Part shown: positions 39,978-51,623 of the stretch, piece by piece | Numbering within the stretch: position 1 is the first letter of the stretch | Layout of the letters: the number at the start of each line of letters is the position of its first letter | Source of the DNA: Octopus sinensis | Lineage: Eukaryota | NCBI RefSeq assembly: GCF_006345805.1 | Contig: NC_042998.1 | Span: forward strand, 199,330,001 to 199,394,000 | Reading direction: 5' to 3' | DNA: 64,000 nt | The notes under the pieces: model-generated | What the model was told of the DNA's origin: nothing | Databases searched by the model: none | What the model saw: the letters and a program-made list of their open reading frames with translations, nothing else | Program-made: the position numbers and the translations under genes

Positions 39978-42900
39978 CGAGTACAGTGAAGAATTCCGGG
40001 TAGAGGTTGGGGTCCACCAAGGTTCAGTCCTCCTCAGCCCCCTCCTATTTATCATAGTCCTCCAGGCAATAACGGAAGAATTTAAGACAGGATGCCCCTG
40101 GGAGCTCCTATATGCTGATGACCTTGCTCTAATTGCTGAGTCACTATCAGAACTGGAGGAGAAGTTTCAGGTGTGGAAACAAGGATTAGAATCGAAGGGC
40201 CTTAGAATCAACCTAGCCAAAACCAAAGTCCTAATAAGTAGGAAGGTGGACCAACCACAAACGACTTCAGGTAGATGGCCCTGCTCGATCTGTAAAAAGG
40301 TGTAGGTAGAAACTCTATAAGGTGCACCAAGTGTAAGCTATGGACACATAAGAGGTGCAGCAATGTCAAAGGAAGGCTAACTAAGAAAATAGTTTTTGTC
40401 TGTGGCAGATGCTCAGGAGAAATAAACACTGGAAATGTGCAGAGACCAACTTCTACCACGTTCCAGGGAGACAAACTAGAAGTAGTTGATAGCTTCCGCT
40501 ACCTAGGAGACCAAGTCAGTAGCGGGGGTGGGTGTGCTGAAAGTGTAACTGCTAGAGTAAGAATAGCCTGGGCAAAGTTTGAGAGCTCTTACCCCTGCTG
40601 GTGACAAAAGGCCTCCGCTAAGAGTAAAAGGCAGACTATATGATGCGTGTGTACGTAAAGCCATGCTACATGGTAGTGACACATGGGCCGTGACAGCTGA
40701 GGATATGCGTAAGCTTGCAAGAAATGAAGCCAGTATGCTCCGATGGATGTGTAATGTCAGTGTTCATAATCGTCAGAGTGTAAGTACTTTGAGAGAAAAG
40801 TTGAACCTAAGAAGTGTCAGTTGTGGTGTGCAAGAGAGACGGCTGCGCTGGTATGGTCATGTGACGAGAATGGCTGAAGATAGTTGTGTGCAAAAGTGCT
40901 ACACCCTAGCAGTTGAGGGAACCTGTGGAAGAGGTAGACCCAGGAAAACCTGGGACGAGGTGGTGAAGCATGACCTTCGAACTTTAGGTCTCACCAAGGA
41001 AATGACTGAAGACCGAGTCCTATGGAAGTGTGCTGTGCATGAGAGGACCCGGCAGGACTAGTCAGGCCATATCCCGTGGCCCCTACCTGGGACGTAGTCG
41101 ATCCACCTGTGCATACCTTCCTTCTTGTGACACTTGTGAAGACCTGCTGAGGCAAGTGAAAATCAATCAAAATAGATGAACATCAATGGAATTTGTATCT
41201 TTGTGGTACCAGTGCCTGTGGCACACAAGAAACCATCCGAACGTGGCCGTAGCCAGTACCGCATCGACTGGCCTCCGTGCTGTGGGAACATGGTGGCACA
41301 TAAAAACACCATCCGAAGACCCGCAAGACTAGTCAGGTCATAACCCGTGGGCCCTACCTGGGACGTAGTCAGTCCACCTGTACATACCTTCCTTCATGTG
41401 ACACTTGTGAGACCTGCTGAGGCAAGTGAAAATCAAATCAAATCAAAACAAATCAAAATAGATGAACATCAATGGAATTTGTATCCTTGTGGTACCAGTG
41501 CCGGTGGCACACAGAATCCATCCGAACGTGGCCGTAGCAGTACCGCTTGTGGTACCAGTGCCGGTGGCACACAAGAATCCATCCGAACGTGGCCGTAGTC
41601 AGTACCGCTTGTGTACCAGTGCCGGTGGCACACAAGAATCCATCCGAACGTGGCCGTAGTCAGTACCGCGCATCACTGGCCATCGTGCTGTGGGCACATA
41701 ACAAACACCATCCGTCGTGGCCGTTCGCCAGCCTCATCTAGCACCTGTGTCGGTGGCACATAAAAAGTAGTCAGTACCGCTTGTGGTACCAGTGCCGGTG
41801 GCACACAAGAATCCGAACAACATGGCCGTAGTCAGTACCGCATCACTGGCCATCGTGCTGTGAGCACATAACAAACACCATCCGGTCGTGGCCGTTCGCC
41901 AGCCTCATCTAGCACCTGTGTCGGTGGCACATAAAACACCTTCCGAAGACCCGGCAAGACTAGTCAGGCCATAAACCATGGCCCCTACCTGGGACGTAGT
42001 CAGTCCACCTGTGTATACCTTCCTCCTTGTGATACTTGTGAAGGCCTGTTGAGGCAAGTGAAAATCAAAATCAATCAAAACAAATCAAAATAGATGAACA
42101 TCAATGGAATTTGTATCTTTGTGGTACCAGTGCCAGTGGCACACAAGAGAAACCATCCGAAAGTGGCCGTAGCCAGTACCGCATCGACTGGTCTCCGTGC
42201 TGTGGGCACATGACAAACACCATCCGATCGTGGCCGTTCGCCAGCCTCATCTAGCACCTGTGTCGGTGGCACATAAAAACACCATCCGAAGACCCGGCAA
42301 GACTAGTCAGGCCATACCCATGGCCCCTACCTGGGACGTAGTCAGTCCACCTGTGCATACCTTCCTTCTTGTGACACTTGTGAAGACCTGTTGAGGCAAG
42401 TGAAAATCAAATCAAAACAAATCAAAATAGATGAACATCAATGGAATCTGTATCTTTGTGGTACCAGTGCCGGTGGCACACACTTTGTGGTACCAGTGCC
42501 GGTGGCACACAAGAGAACCATCCGAACGTGGGCGTAGCCAGTTCCGCATCGACCGGCCTCCGTGCTGTGGGCACGTAACAAACACCATCCGATCATGGCC
42601 GTTCGCCAGCCTCATCTGGCACCTGTGTCGGGTGGCACATAAAAACACCTTCCGAAGACCCGGCAAGACTAGTCAGTCCACCTGTGCATACCTTCCTTCT
42701 TGTGACACTTGTGAAGACCGGTTGAGGCAAGTGAAAATCAAATCAAATCAAAATAGACAAATAGATGAACACTCAATGGAATTTGTATCCTGTGGTACCA
42801 GTGCCTGTGGAACACAAGAAATCCTCAGTGCCGTAGTCAGTGCGGTGGGCACATGACAAACACCATCCGATCGTGGCCGTTCGCCAGCCTCATCTAGCAC

Positions 42901-43285
42901 CTGTGTCGGTGGCACATAAAAACACCATCCGAGCGTGGCCGTCTGCCAGCTCGTCTGGCACCTGTATCGGTGCACATAAAAACACCATCCGAGCGTGGCG
43001 TCTGCCGCCAGCCTCGTCTGGCACCTGTGTCAGTGGCACATAAAAAACACATCCGATCCGAGCGTGTCGTTTGCCAGCCTCATCTGGCACCTGTGTCAGT
43101 GGCACATAAAATCACCCACTACACTCTCGGAGTGGTTGGCGTTAGGAAGGGCATCCAGCTGTAGAAACACTGCCAGATCTGACTGGACTGGTGCAGCTTT
43201 CGGGCTCCCCAGACCCCAGTTGAACCGTCCAACCCATGCTAGCATGGAAGCGGACGTTAAAAATGATGATGATGATGATGATGAT
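39978..43285 (+). mobile_element. 5'-truncated RTE-clade LINE with tandemly amplified 3' region
   Basis: GVHQGSV-LSPLLF, LLYADDL, PHD-like Cys cluster, FRYLGD, LRWYGHV, RGRPRKTW, stop at 41061; then repeated 3' modules and a (GAT)n tail. Confidence 0.92.
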
Positions 43286-43696
43286 ATATATACATACTCA
43301 TATATATACACTCACACACACATATATATATATGTGTGTGTATATATATATATCATACACATATATATATACATACATATATGTATATATATATACATTA
43401 TATATATTATAGATATATATTATATATATATATATATACTACATATATATACATTACATATATATATATACAATATTTATATATATATATACATATACAT
43501 ATATTTATACATATATATATATATATACATATATATATAGTGACGTATTTTTGCCATTTCAATATGGCAACCCCTAAGGGTGGATGCTACTGTAGTTTTT
43601 AGCCCCAGGAGGACAACACTCCTCCAGCTGGCCATAGACACACTATCTGTGTCCTGTCAGTATTTGCAAGGGAAGTCATCCTTCCCGTCTTCAACT

Positions 43697-43757
43697 TATG
43701 ATACACACGGACTCGAGTTTCGAGGTATTGACCTCTCGTCAGCGTGTGACAATCATA
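43697..43757 (-). ncRNA. Type I hammerhead ribozyme (array unit 1)
   Basis: Reverse complement: CACACG CTGACGA GAGGT caat ACCTC GAAA C TCGA GTC CGTGTG; full core, GUC site. Confidence 0.93.
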
Positions 43758-44047
43758 GTTGTCGCCGAGAATTAGATTTCCTTCACAAATACTTATACTT
43801 TTTCCAGCGCCCACTGTCGCTGATATTGAAAAGTGAAATCAAACAATGATAAATATCAAAGTGAGTTATATACAGTAGCGGTAACACATCGTGACGTATT
43901 TTTGCCATTTCAATATGGCTAACCCCTAAGGGTGGATGCTACTGTAGTTTTTAGCCCCAGGAGGACACACTCCTCCAGCTGGGCCATAGACACTATCTGT
44001 GTCCTGTCAGTATTTGCAAAGGGAAGTCATCCTTCCCGTCTTCAACT

Positions 44048-44108
44048 TATGATACACACGGACTCGAGTTTCGAGGTATTGACCTCTCGTCAGCGTGTGA
44101 CAATCATA
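44048..44108 (-). ncRNA. Type I hammerhead ribozyme (array unit 2)
   Basis: Identical to unit 1. Confidence 0.93.
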
Positions 44109-44395
44109 GTTGTCGCCGAGAATTAGATTTCCTTCACAATACTTATACTTTTTCCAGCGCCCACTGTCGCTGATATTGAAAAAGTGAAATCAAACAATGA
44201 TAAATATCAAAGTGAGTTATATACAGTAGCGGTAACACATCGTGACGTATTTTTGCCATTTCAATATGGCTAACCCCTAAGGGTGGATGCTACTGTAGTT
44301 TTTAGCCCAGAGGACACACTCCTCCAGCTGGCCATAGACACACTATCTGTGTCCTGTCAGTATTGCAAAGGGAAGTCATCCTTCCGTCTTCAACT

Positions 44396-44456
44396 TATGA
44401 TACACACGGACTCGAGTTTCGAGGTATTGACCTCTCGTCAGCGTGTGACAATCATA
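44396..44456 (-). ncRNA. Type I hammerhead ribozyme (array unit 3)
   Basis: Identical to unit 1. Confidence 0.93.
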
Positions 44457-44555
44457 GTTGTCGCCGAGAATTAGATTTCCTTCACAAATACTTATACTTT
44501 TTCCAGCGCCCACTGTCGCTGATATTGAAAAAGTGAAATCAACAATGAAAATTCA

Positions 44556-44604
44556 ACGCTGACGAGAAGTCAATACCTCGAAACTCGAGTCCGTGTGTAT
44601 CATA
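44556..44604 (+). ncRNA. Type I hammerhead ribozyme at the inversion junction, stem I shortened
   Basis: ACG CTGACGA GAAGT caat ACCTC GAAACTCGAGTC CGTGTG; only 3 bp of stem I and one stem II mismatch. Confidence 0.7.
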
Positions 44605-44892
44605 AGTTGAAGATGGGAAGGATGACTTCCTTTGCAATACTGACGGACACAGATAGTGTGTCTATGGCCAGCTGGAGGAGTGTGTCCTCCTGGGGCAAAA
44701 ACTACAGTAGCATCCACCCTTAGGGGTTAGCCATATTGAAATGGCAAAATACGTCACGATGTGTTTACCGCTACTGTATATAACTCACTTTGATATTTAT
44801 CTTGTTTTGATTTCACTTTTTCAATATCAGCGACAGTGGGCGCTGGAAAAAGTATAAGTATTTGTGAAGGAAATCTAATTCTCGGCGACAAC

Positions 44893-44953
44893 TGTGATTG
44901 TCACACGCTGACGAGAGGTCAATACCTCGAAACTCGAGTCCGTGTGTATCATA
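44893..44953 (+). ncRNA. Type I hammerhead ribozyme (inverted full unit)
   Basis: CACACG 44902-44907, CTGACGA 44908-44914, GAGGT/ACCTC, GAAA 44929-44932, ACTCGAGT, GUC cut after 44940, CGTGTG 44941-44946. Confidence 0.93.
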
Positions 44954-45361
44954 AGTTGAAGACGGGAAGGATGACTTCCCTTTGCAAATCTGACAGGACA
45001 CAGATAGTGTGTCTATGGCCAGCTGGAGGAGTGTGTCCTCCTGGGGCTAAAACTACAGTAGCATCCACCCTTAGGGGTTAGCCATATTGAAATGGCAAAA
45101 ATACGTCACGATGTGTTACGCTACTGTATATAACTCACTTTGATATTTATCATTGTCATATATATATATATAAGTATATATAATATATATTTATATATAA
45201 CATATATATATATATATATACATAGCGCGGAAACGGACGTTAAACGATGATGATGATGATGATACATATACATAGTAGTAGAATAGTAAAAAATACATAC
45301 ATACATACAAGCATCGTCATATATATAATAATAAGTGGAATGTAAACACATGAACCAAATA

Positions 45362-45671
45362 AGAAAAAACACCTTCCAAAGACCCGGCAAGACTAGTCAG
45401 GGGCCATAAACCATGGCCCCTACCTGGGACGTAGTCAGTCCACCTGTGCATACCTTCCTCCTTGTGATACTTGTGAAGGCCTTTTGAGGCAAGTGAAAAT
45501 CAAATCAAATCAAAATAGATGAACATCATGGAATTTGTATCTTTGTGGTACCAGTGCCGGTGGGCACACAAGAGAAAACCATCCGAAAGTTGCCGTAGCC
45601 AGTACCCCCGCGACTGGCCTCCGTTGCTGTGGGCACATGACAACAGCATCCGATCGTGGCCGTTCGCCAGC
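45362..45671 (+). mobile_element. Further copy of the RTE 3' module, running into the gap
   Basis: AAGACCCGGCAAGACTAG at 45379 with the same module as 41946-42290. Confidence 0.85.
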
Positions 45672-45771
45672 NNNNNNNNNNNNNNNNNNNNNNNNNNNNN
45701 NNNNNNNNNNNNNNNNNNNNNNNNNNNNNNNNNNNNNNNNNNNNNNNNNNNNNNNNNNNNNNNNNNNNNNN
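45672..45771. other. Assembly gap (100 N)
   Basis: Directly visible. Confidence 1.
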
Positions 45772-45896
45772 TTCTTCTTCTTCTTCTTCTTCTCTTCATA
45801 TTTGTTAGGTTAGTATGATTTCTTGTTTGTATTTGTTAGCTTCCTTAATTACTGAGAACAGTTTTTTGTTTTTCTCGTGTTTTGCCGCTATTTGTA

Positions 45897-46232
45897 TCAG
45901 TTTTCCTTCCTTCTGAAGTAGATATTTTTGCAGGTGGTTATTTTATAATAGTTTTCCTGCTGTATAAGGCCTCTACCACCTTCTATACGTTGTATATATA
46001 GCCTTTCTATATCAGATTTTGGGTGATGCATCCTAGATCCTGTCATTATTTTTCTTGTTTTCCTAGCTATTTTGGTTAGTTCATTTAGTGTCCAGTTAAG
46101 AATATTGTAGCTGTAACTTATAACTGGGACAGCTAAAGTGTTAATACCTATAATCTTGTTTTTAGCATTGAGCTCTGTTGTTAGTATTGATCTAACTCGT
46201 CTATAGTATTCTTTCTTTATTTTCTCTTTCAT
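45897..46232 (-). pseudogene. RT thumb-region fragment of an R4/Dong-type LINE
   Basis: KEYYRRVRSIL..ELNAKNKI..INT.AVPVISYS...W...EL..I.RKTRKIM...HHPKSDIERLY..R.EGGRGL; next to (TAT)n at 46277-46368. Confidence 0.8.
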
Positions 46233-46275
46233 TTGTGTGTTGTGTCTTATCTAGTTCATGAATTCCTAAATATTT

Positions 46276-46367
<92 letters not shown>

Positions 46368-46858
46368 TTATTTTCATTACAATTCTTCTCTCATTCTGCG
46401 AAGACATCGTTTTTGTTCCTATTTTTGAAATTCTTTTTATTCCAGTATTATGGAATGAATTTTTTTTGGAGTACTGATAAAAAGAACTATCGTTGCCAAA
46501 GGAAAATCTTCCCTCGATATGTGGGAGGAGATAGTAGAAAAAGAATTGTTTCACAAACGTTTACATTTTTATTAACGTACATTTTCATTCATAGAATGCT
46601 CCTTCACACAATTACGCTACACCACGAAACATTCACATTGCTAATATATATAAAGTTAATCTAAACAAGAAAACACAAAAAAAAACACAACAACGCGAGG
46701 ACGTGGAAGAAATATAGGTATTATTGGCCTCAGAAAGAAGGGAAGACGGAGGGTTTTTTAACGTTTCGAGCGGAACTCTTCGTCGGAAACATAGGAGAAG
46801 GAAAGATCCCGAGAAGGGAAGACAGAGGAAAAAAATCGCCAACGGTACACATGAGGTC

Positions 46859-46889
<31 letters not shown>

Positions 46890-48737
46890 ACACAAAATTT
46901 AAATATACAGCTAAGTTTTCAAGAGAAATAATAAAATAGACCCTATAGAGAATAATTAATAAAAATGAGTCAAAAATACTCAAGTTATTTGGAAGACTAT
47001 GACAGTAATAACAACACTAAAAGCATCAAGCACTCTTACACGATTCCAAATTATTTGGCCAATTTATGTAGCAGCTGTGTGATGGTAAACCTTCCATCAT
47101 TGCGAAATGAACTGATTGAATTCTTCTATATATTCGTATATTTGCCAAAGGCGGTAATCCAAAAAATAGCAAGGAAAAAACTCATTGCCTCTGATTATGG
47201 AAAGACGAAAGCAGATTAAATTTTCCTTAACATAAATTAGCACAACCAATCTCCAGGAGATATCTGGAGAAATTATCGTAAAAAGAAAAAAAAAAAAGAA
47301 AAAGAAGGAAAAAAGGAAAAAAAGAAAGTAAGCAAGAGTTATGGCCTATATCTGCTGTATCTTAAAAAGTAAACATACAGTTAAAACACAGGCTAGAATT
47401 GTTAGACATATCTCTGATTTCTGCCCCAGTACATGGGACTCGTTTTAGAACCATAGCCAGTAGTGACTTTTGTGAGGCAGTGTGGAAGTGTGTGCAAGGT
47501 AAGCTTAACCAAAGGTGACCTGTAGGCAGGGAAAATCGATATGGACTTGCTAGTCTTAAAGACATTTGAAGAACAAAATCCATACCGAAATTTTACCTAG
47601 TAGAAGGCGCCAAAGCAAAGGGCTGAATATCCAGAAGGACTAGGAAGATTAAGCAAGGGGAAAAAATGAAAGTAAGGAAGTGCAACAGACTGCAAATCTG
47701 TTTTCAGAGAATTACATGCTATGAACATGCAGAACACGAAATATCTTTAAGCCCTTGTCCACCAACATTTCCAACTTATAACCCCACATTTTCCTGTTTT
47801 GTGGCGGTATGTCCCTCATCTGTCATGCCATGTACTGTGATACTTTCTCCAGCGGAAACTTGGTGTGGTTAGCTGCCAGCCCAGGCTCCACTGTTCGTCA
47901 AGATGTTAAGAACAATCTGTGAAGTTATCGGTCGCTCTCCAACAGGATTATGGTAAATCCTGTGGCAATAGAGATCTCCGGCGTTTTTGTCACTGGACCA
48001 TATCCCTGGTCACCGCTATCGTATATGAATACGTATATGATAAATACAGTATATTGTAATGTTAAATAATATACTATGTTCTATATACGATATAATCTCT
48101 TGTATTAATCATATGCGTACATGTATCAAATATACAACTGAATATGATGTATGCAATTTTATAATTAATTACATTCCGGATACGTATATCATATCTTACA
48201 TACACTCAAACACACTTTATGGTTTACCACATGACTACTATATATGCTATGCTTTTTTCATCATGCCTTCTTTACCACCAAATACTCTGTTCGATATAAT
48301 ACCTCGAGTAAACAAAATTTTACGATATTTAAGAATAAATATTTTATGTGGGTTGCATAATATATAAGAATTTATATAAATATAAATATAAACAAGTAGT
48401 TTCGTTGTTATATTTAATTATAAGATTTTGAGTATAGATATATAAATTAAATACTTGTTTGTTTAGTGATACCTGTTAATAATATACATTTTAAAAATAA
48501 ATATAATGTTGTTTTCCTTGTGTAAATGACTAAAGTGGAAAAGATAAAATCTTAAACGAATACGTTTTAACGTTTGTTTTATTGATTTTTGACCGAATGA
48601 GGTACAGGAACGAATTACCAATTTTTTAGTAATATTGCTGATAGGATGGTAACCTTATGATAGGATGGTAACCATCGTCCTTATGATAGGATGGTGACCA
48701 TCGTCCTCACTTACTACTTGCTCTATATCATTCGTGT

Positions 48738-49118
48738 GGAGGCGCAATGACCCAGTGGTTAGGGCAGCGGACTCGCGGTCATAGGATCGCGGTTTCGATT
48801 CCCAGACCGGGCGTTGTGAGTGTTTATTGAGCGAAAACACCTAAAAGCTCCACGAGGCTCCGGCAGAGGATGGTGGTGATCCCTGTTGTACTCTTTCGCC
48901 ACAACTTTCTCTCACTCTTACTTCCTGTTTCTGTTGTACCTGTATTTCAAAGGGCCGGCCTTGTCACTCTCTGTGTCACGCTGAATATCCCCGAGAACTA
49001 CGTTAAGGGTATACTGTTCTGTGAAGTGCTCAGCCACTTACACGTTAATTTCATGAGGAGGCTGTTCCGTTGATTCGGATAAACCGGAACCCTCGTCGTC
49101 GTAACCGACGGAGTACTT
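48738..49118 (+). mobile_element. tRNA-derived SINE family D with TSD ATATCATTCGT
   Basis: GGAGGCGCAATGACCCAGTGGTTAGGGCAGCGGACTCGCGG...GGTTTCGATTCCC head; matches 57839 and 61362. Confidence 0.9.
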
Positions 49119-49404
49119 CGAATATCATTCGTATTACAATAATCATCAGTATTTTTATGTAGATTTCTACTCTGAGGTAGATACCAAAATCAACGGAATA
49201 TAATTTGCTTTTAAATACGCACGAGGATTTAGATTTACATTGACAGTCAAAGGAAATGTTATTGATGTCACCCTCGATATCATAGCCAGTGGGTGTCAGA
49301 AATATCTTTAGGTAGGAAACACATGCGAAATATCTATGTACCACACCATATATTCTCCTAAATCGATAACATTTGCCAAAAAGAAAACAATATCGGTTTC
49401 AAAT

Positions 49405-49575
49405 TTTGGCACAAGGCCAGTAAAACCGGAGGAGAGGAATAAGTCGATTGCATCGACCGCCAGTGTTCAACAAGTAGTCTACCTCGGCGGAATTTGAACT
49501 CAGAACGTAAAGACGGACGAAATACCTCTAAACATTTGGCCCGGGGTTCTAAGGATTCTGCTGGCTTGCCTTCTT
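49405..49575 (-). mobile_element. SINE family E, internally deleted
   Basis: CCTCGGCGGAATTTGAACTCAGAACGTAAAGACGGACGAAATACC. Confidence 0.7.
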
Positions 49576-50118
49576 AAAAGAAAGCAATATTGTTTTCTTC
49601 TTTGATACAATGGTGAAGAAATATGAAAGTTAGAGATAATTTCTCTTCCTGAGGATATTCATAGTTAATTAAGACTAGGAAAGGAGAAATGACTTCAGTT
49701 ACCTATCGCAGTAGTCATAGGGAAATAGTTCGCCAAGATCAAAGGAATATAGGTCACTTTAGATGACGATATATTTTTTTATTAAAGGAACAAATATCTG
49801 TAATATTCATGCTTTTTTTTAAAGAGATAAATCTTAAAAATAAACTGAAATGGATGCAAATGGGATTCGAAACTATATCTTGGAAATCAAAATTAGATCG
49901 ATGGCATTTCTCACGCTAATGGAAAACGAAGGATCCCAACGTGGTCTCTCAAACTTGTAAGAATAGCAACCTAATTAATCTACTGTAAATCCTATCTTAC
50001 CATCTTAAAAAGGAAATAAGCACCTGATAATATATTTGTGGATGCATTGTCTGAAAATACGTTGGGATAGTCTTAGCTGGAACGCTTTTCATCATAAGTC
50101 TGAACGATCAGAGCTAAT

Positions 50119-51125
50119 TAGGGCTCGAAACCGGTTTTATAAAACCGGTTAAAACCGGGTTTTATATTATGATCAGTAAAACCGAAACGGATTTGCCAAA
50201 ACCGATTTTAATGTTTGCTGCTTCTACAACTTTTTTTTTCGCAAAACAATTCTCTGTTTTTTTCTTTTGAAGAAATATCGTTGAAACTGAACTAACTGAA
50301 CTGTTGTCGGTCGCCTTTAGTTGTCTGTTTCATTGAAGCATATCGCAACATATCAATTCCCACATTCTCTCCCCTTGAACCTTAGATCAGCACCTTGTCA
50401 TTTCCTTCGCTAACCCCTGGCTGACTATTTGAATTTGGAGGTAACAGAGTTTATTCATAGCAAGTCGAGGGGATGCTGTTAGTCTTCAGTCAGGTGATCT
50501 TCCCCGTTGAGCACATGTAATAACCAATTCCAGATTCATTTCAAGGATAATTTTCTCTTAGTTATTTTCACTTTCCTTAAAAAATAATCTTTTAAAAAAC
50601 AAAATGCATTCAGTGTTTTACCCGATAAACTTGTCCTAATTTTTGTGTTGAAGTCTAGTAATTGAAATAGCTCTTTCCGACTGGACACTAGTTGCTTTAG
50701 TTGTAAGCAATGCTCTATAAAGTTTATCGGGTAAAACACTGAATGCATTGTGTTTTTTAAAAGATTATTTTCGAAGGAAAGTGAATCATCAAGCAAGTCA
50801 AGAAACTTGATTGATTCTCAAATATACAACGACTTGGAAAAACGTTGCATTCCTGATTAAATAAATATAATACCATTATTTTTGTTATTGTTTGTACATA
50901 TATACAGATACAGGCACCATCAACATATTTGTGGACATCAGTGACACCTGTTACTTTCTCTCTTTCTCTGTGTATGTATATAAATAAAATACAATATACG
51001 ACAAACTTCTTCGTTACAGGGACACTGCTCTAAATCCGCGAAAGCCGGTTTTTAACCGGTTTTGAGAATTACTTGTTTTGAGAATTACTCAGTTTTAAGA
51101 ATTATCGGTTTTTTTGTGAGCCCTA
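50119..51125 (-). mobile_element. Non-autonomous hAT transposon with C-terminal dimerisation-domain remnant
   Basis: Ends TAGGGCTC...GAGCCCTA; 8-bp TSD GAGCTAAT/GGGCTAAT; AAACCGG subterminal repeats; minus strand ATSVQSERA...TKIRTSLSGKTLNAFCFLKDYF. Confidence 0.85.
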
Positions 51126-51586
51126 GGGCTAATACAGAGATTAGTAATAGCTACGACAATAATAATTACTTTTGAAATAACGATATAAATGGAACAAATT
51201 AATAAAAAAAGTAAACCCAAGACTGTTATTAGCAAACCATGAATTGTGAAAGACGTTTGAAAGAAGTTCATCGAGGCATTCAATCGAAGGCGAAAATATT
51301 TGAAGAACATTTAACGTCCTGAAATTATCGTATTTATTGTTGGCAGAGCAGAAAGACGGTGAAATAGTTAATGATTGATGTAGCATTAATATAGAAAATT
51401 GACAAAGTATTTAATTGAATAGCTTTCAAGCAGATAATTAGGTAGGAGGGGGGTGGGGGTGAGAGAGAGAAAGATAGACTTAGAAAGGAGGTGGAAAAGA
51501 GACAACAGATGCATACGTGCACACACATGCAAGCACACACATACAACACGCACACACACAAGTATATGTATATATCTATCTATCTA

Positions 51587-51623
<37 letters not shown>

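Larger units (their letters stand above)
43540..45156. mobile_element. Tandem array of a ~350-bp non-coding unit carrying a hammerhead ribozyme (non-LTR retrozyme / PLE pseudo-LTR concatemer), with internal inversion
   Basis: Units 43540-43890, 43891-44241 and 44242-44548 (partial); inverted units 44556-44757 (partial), 44758-45109 and 45110-45156 (partial); flanked by (TA)-rich tracts. Confidence 0.9.

Noticed and set aside
41045-45156. CRISPR-like appearance of the tandem repeats
   Set aside because: No unique spacers and no cas genes; eukaryotic context; the repeats are explained as RTE 3' modules and the ribozyme array.
47560-48020. Possible host exon (GC-richer unique-looking segment)
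   Set aside because: No recognisable protein motif, stops in the frames I read, and no convincing splice pair.
48738-48815. tRNA genes (also heads at 52830-52895, 55597-55670, 61362-61430, 62176-62260)
   Set aside because: No complete cloverleaf or acceptor stem; each continues into a multi-copy SINE body, several with TSDs.
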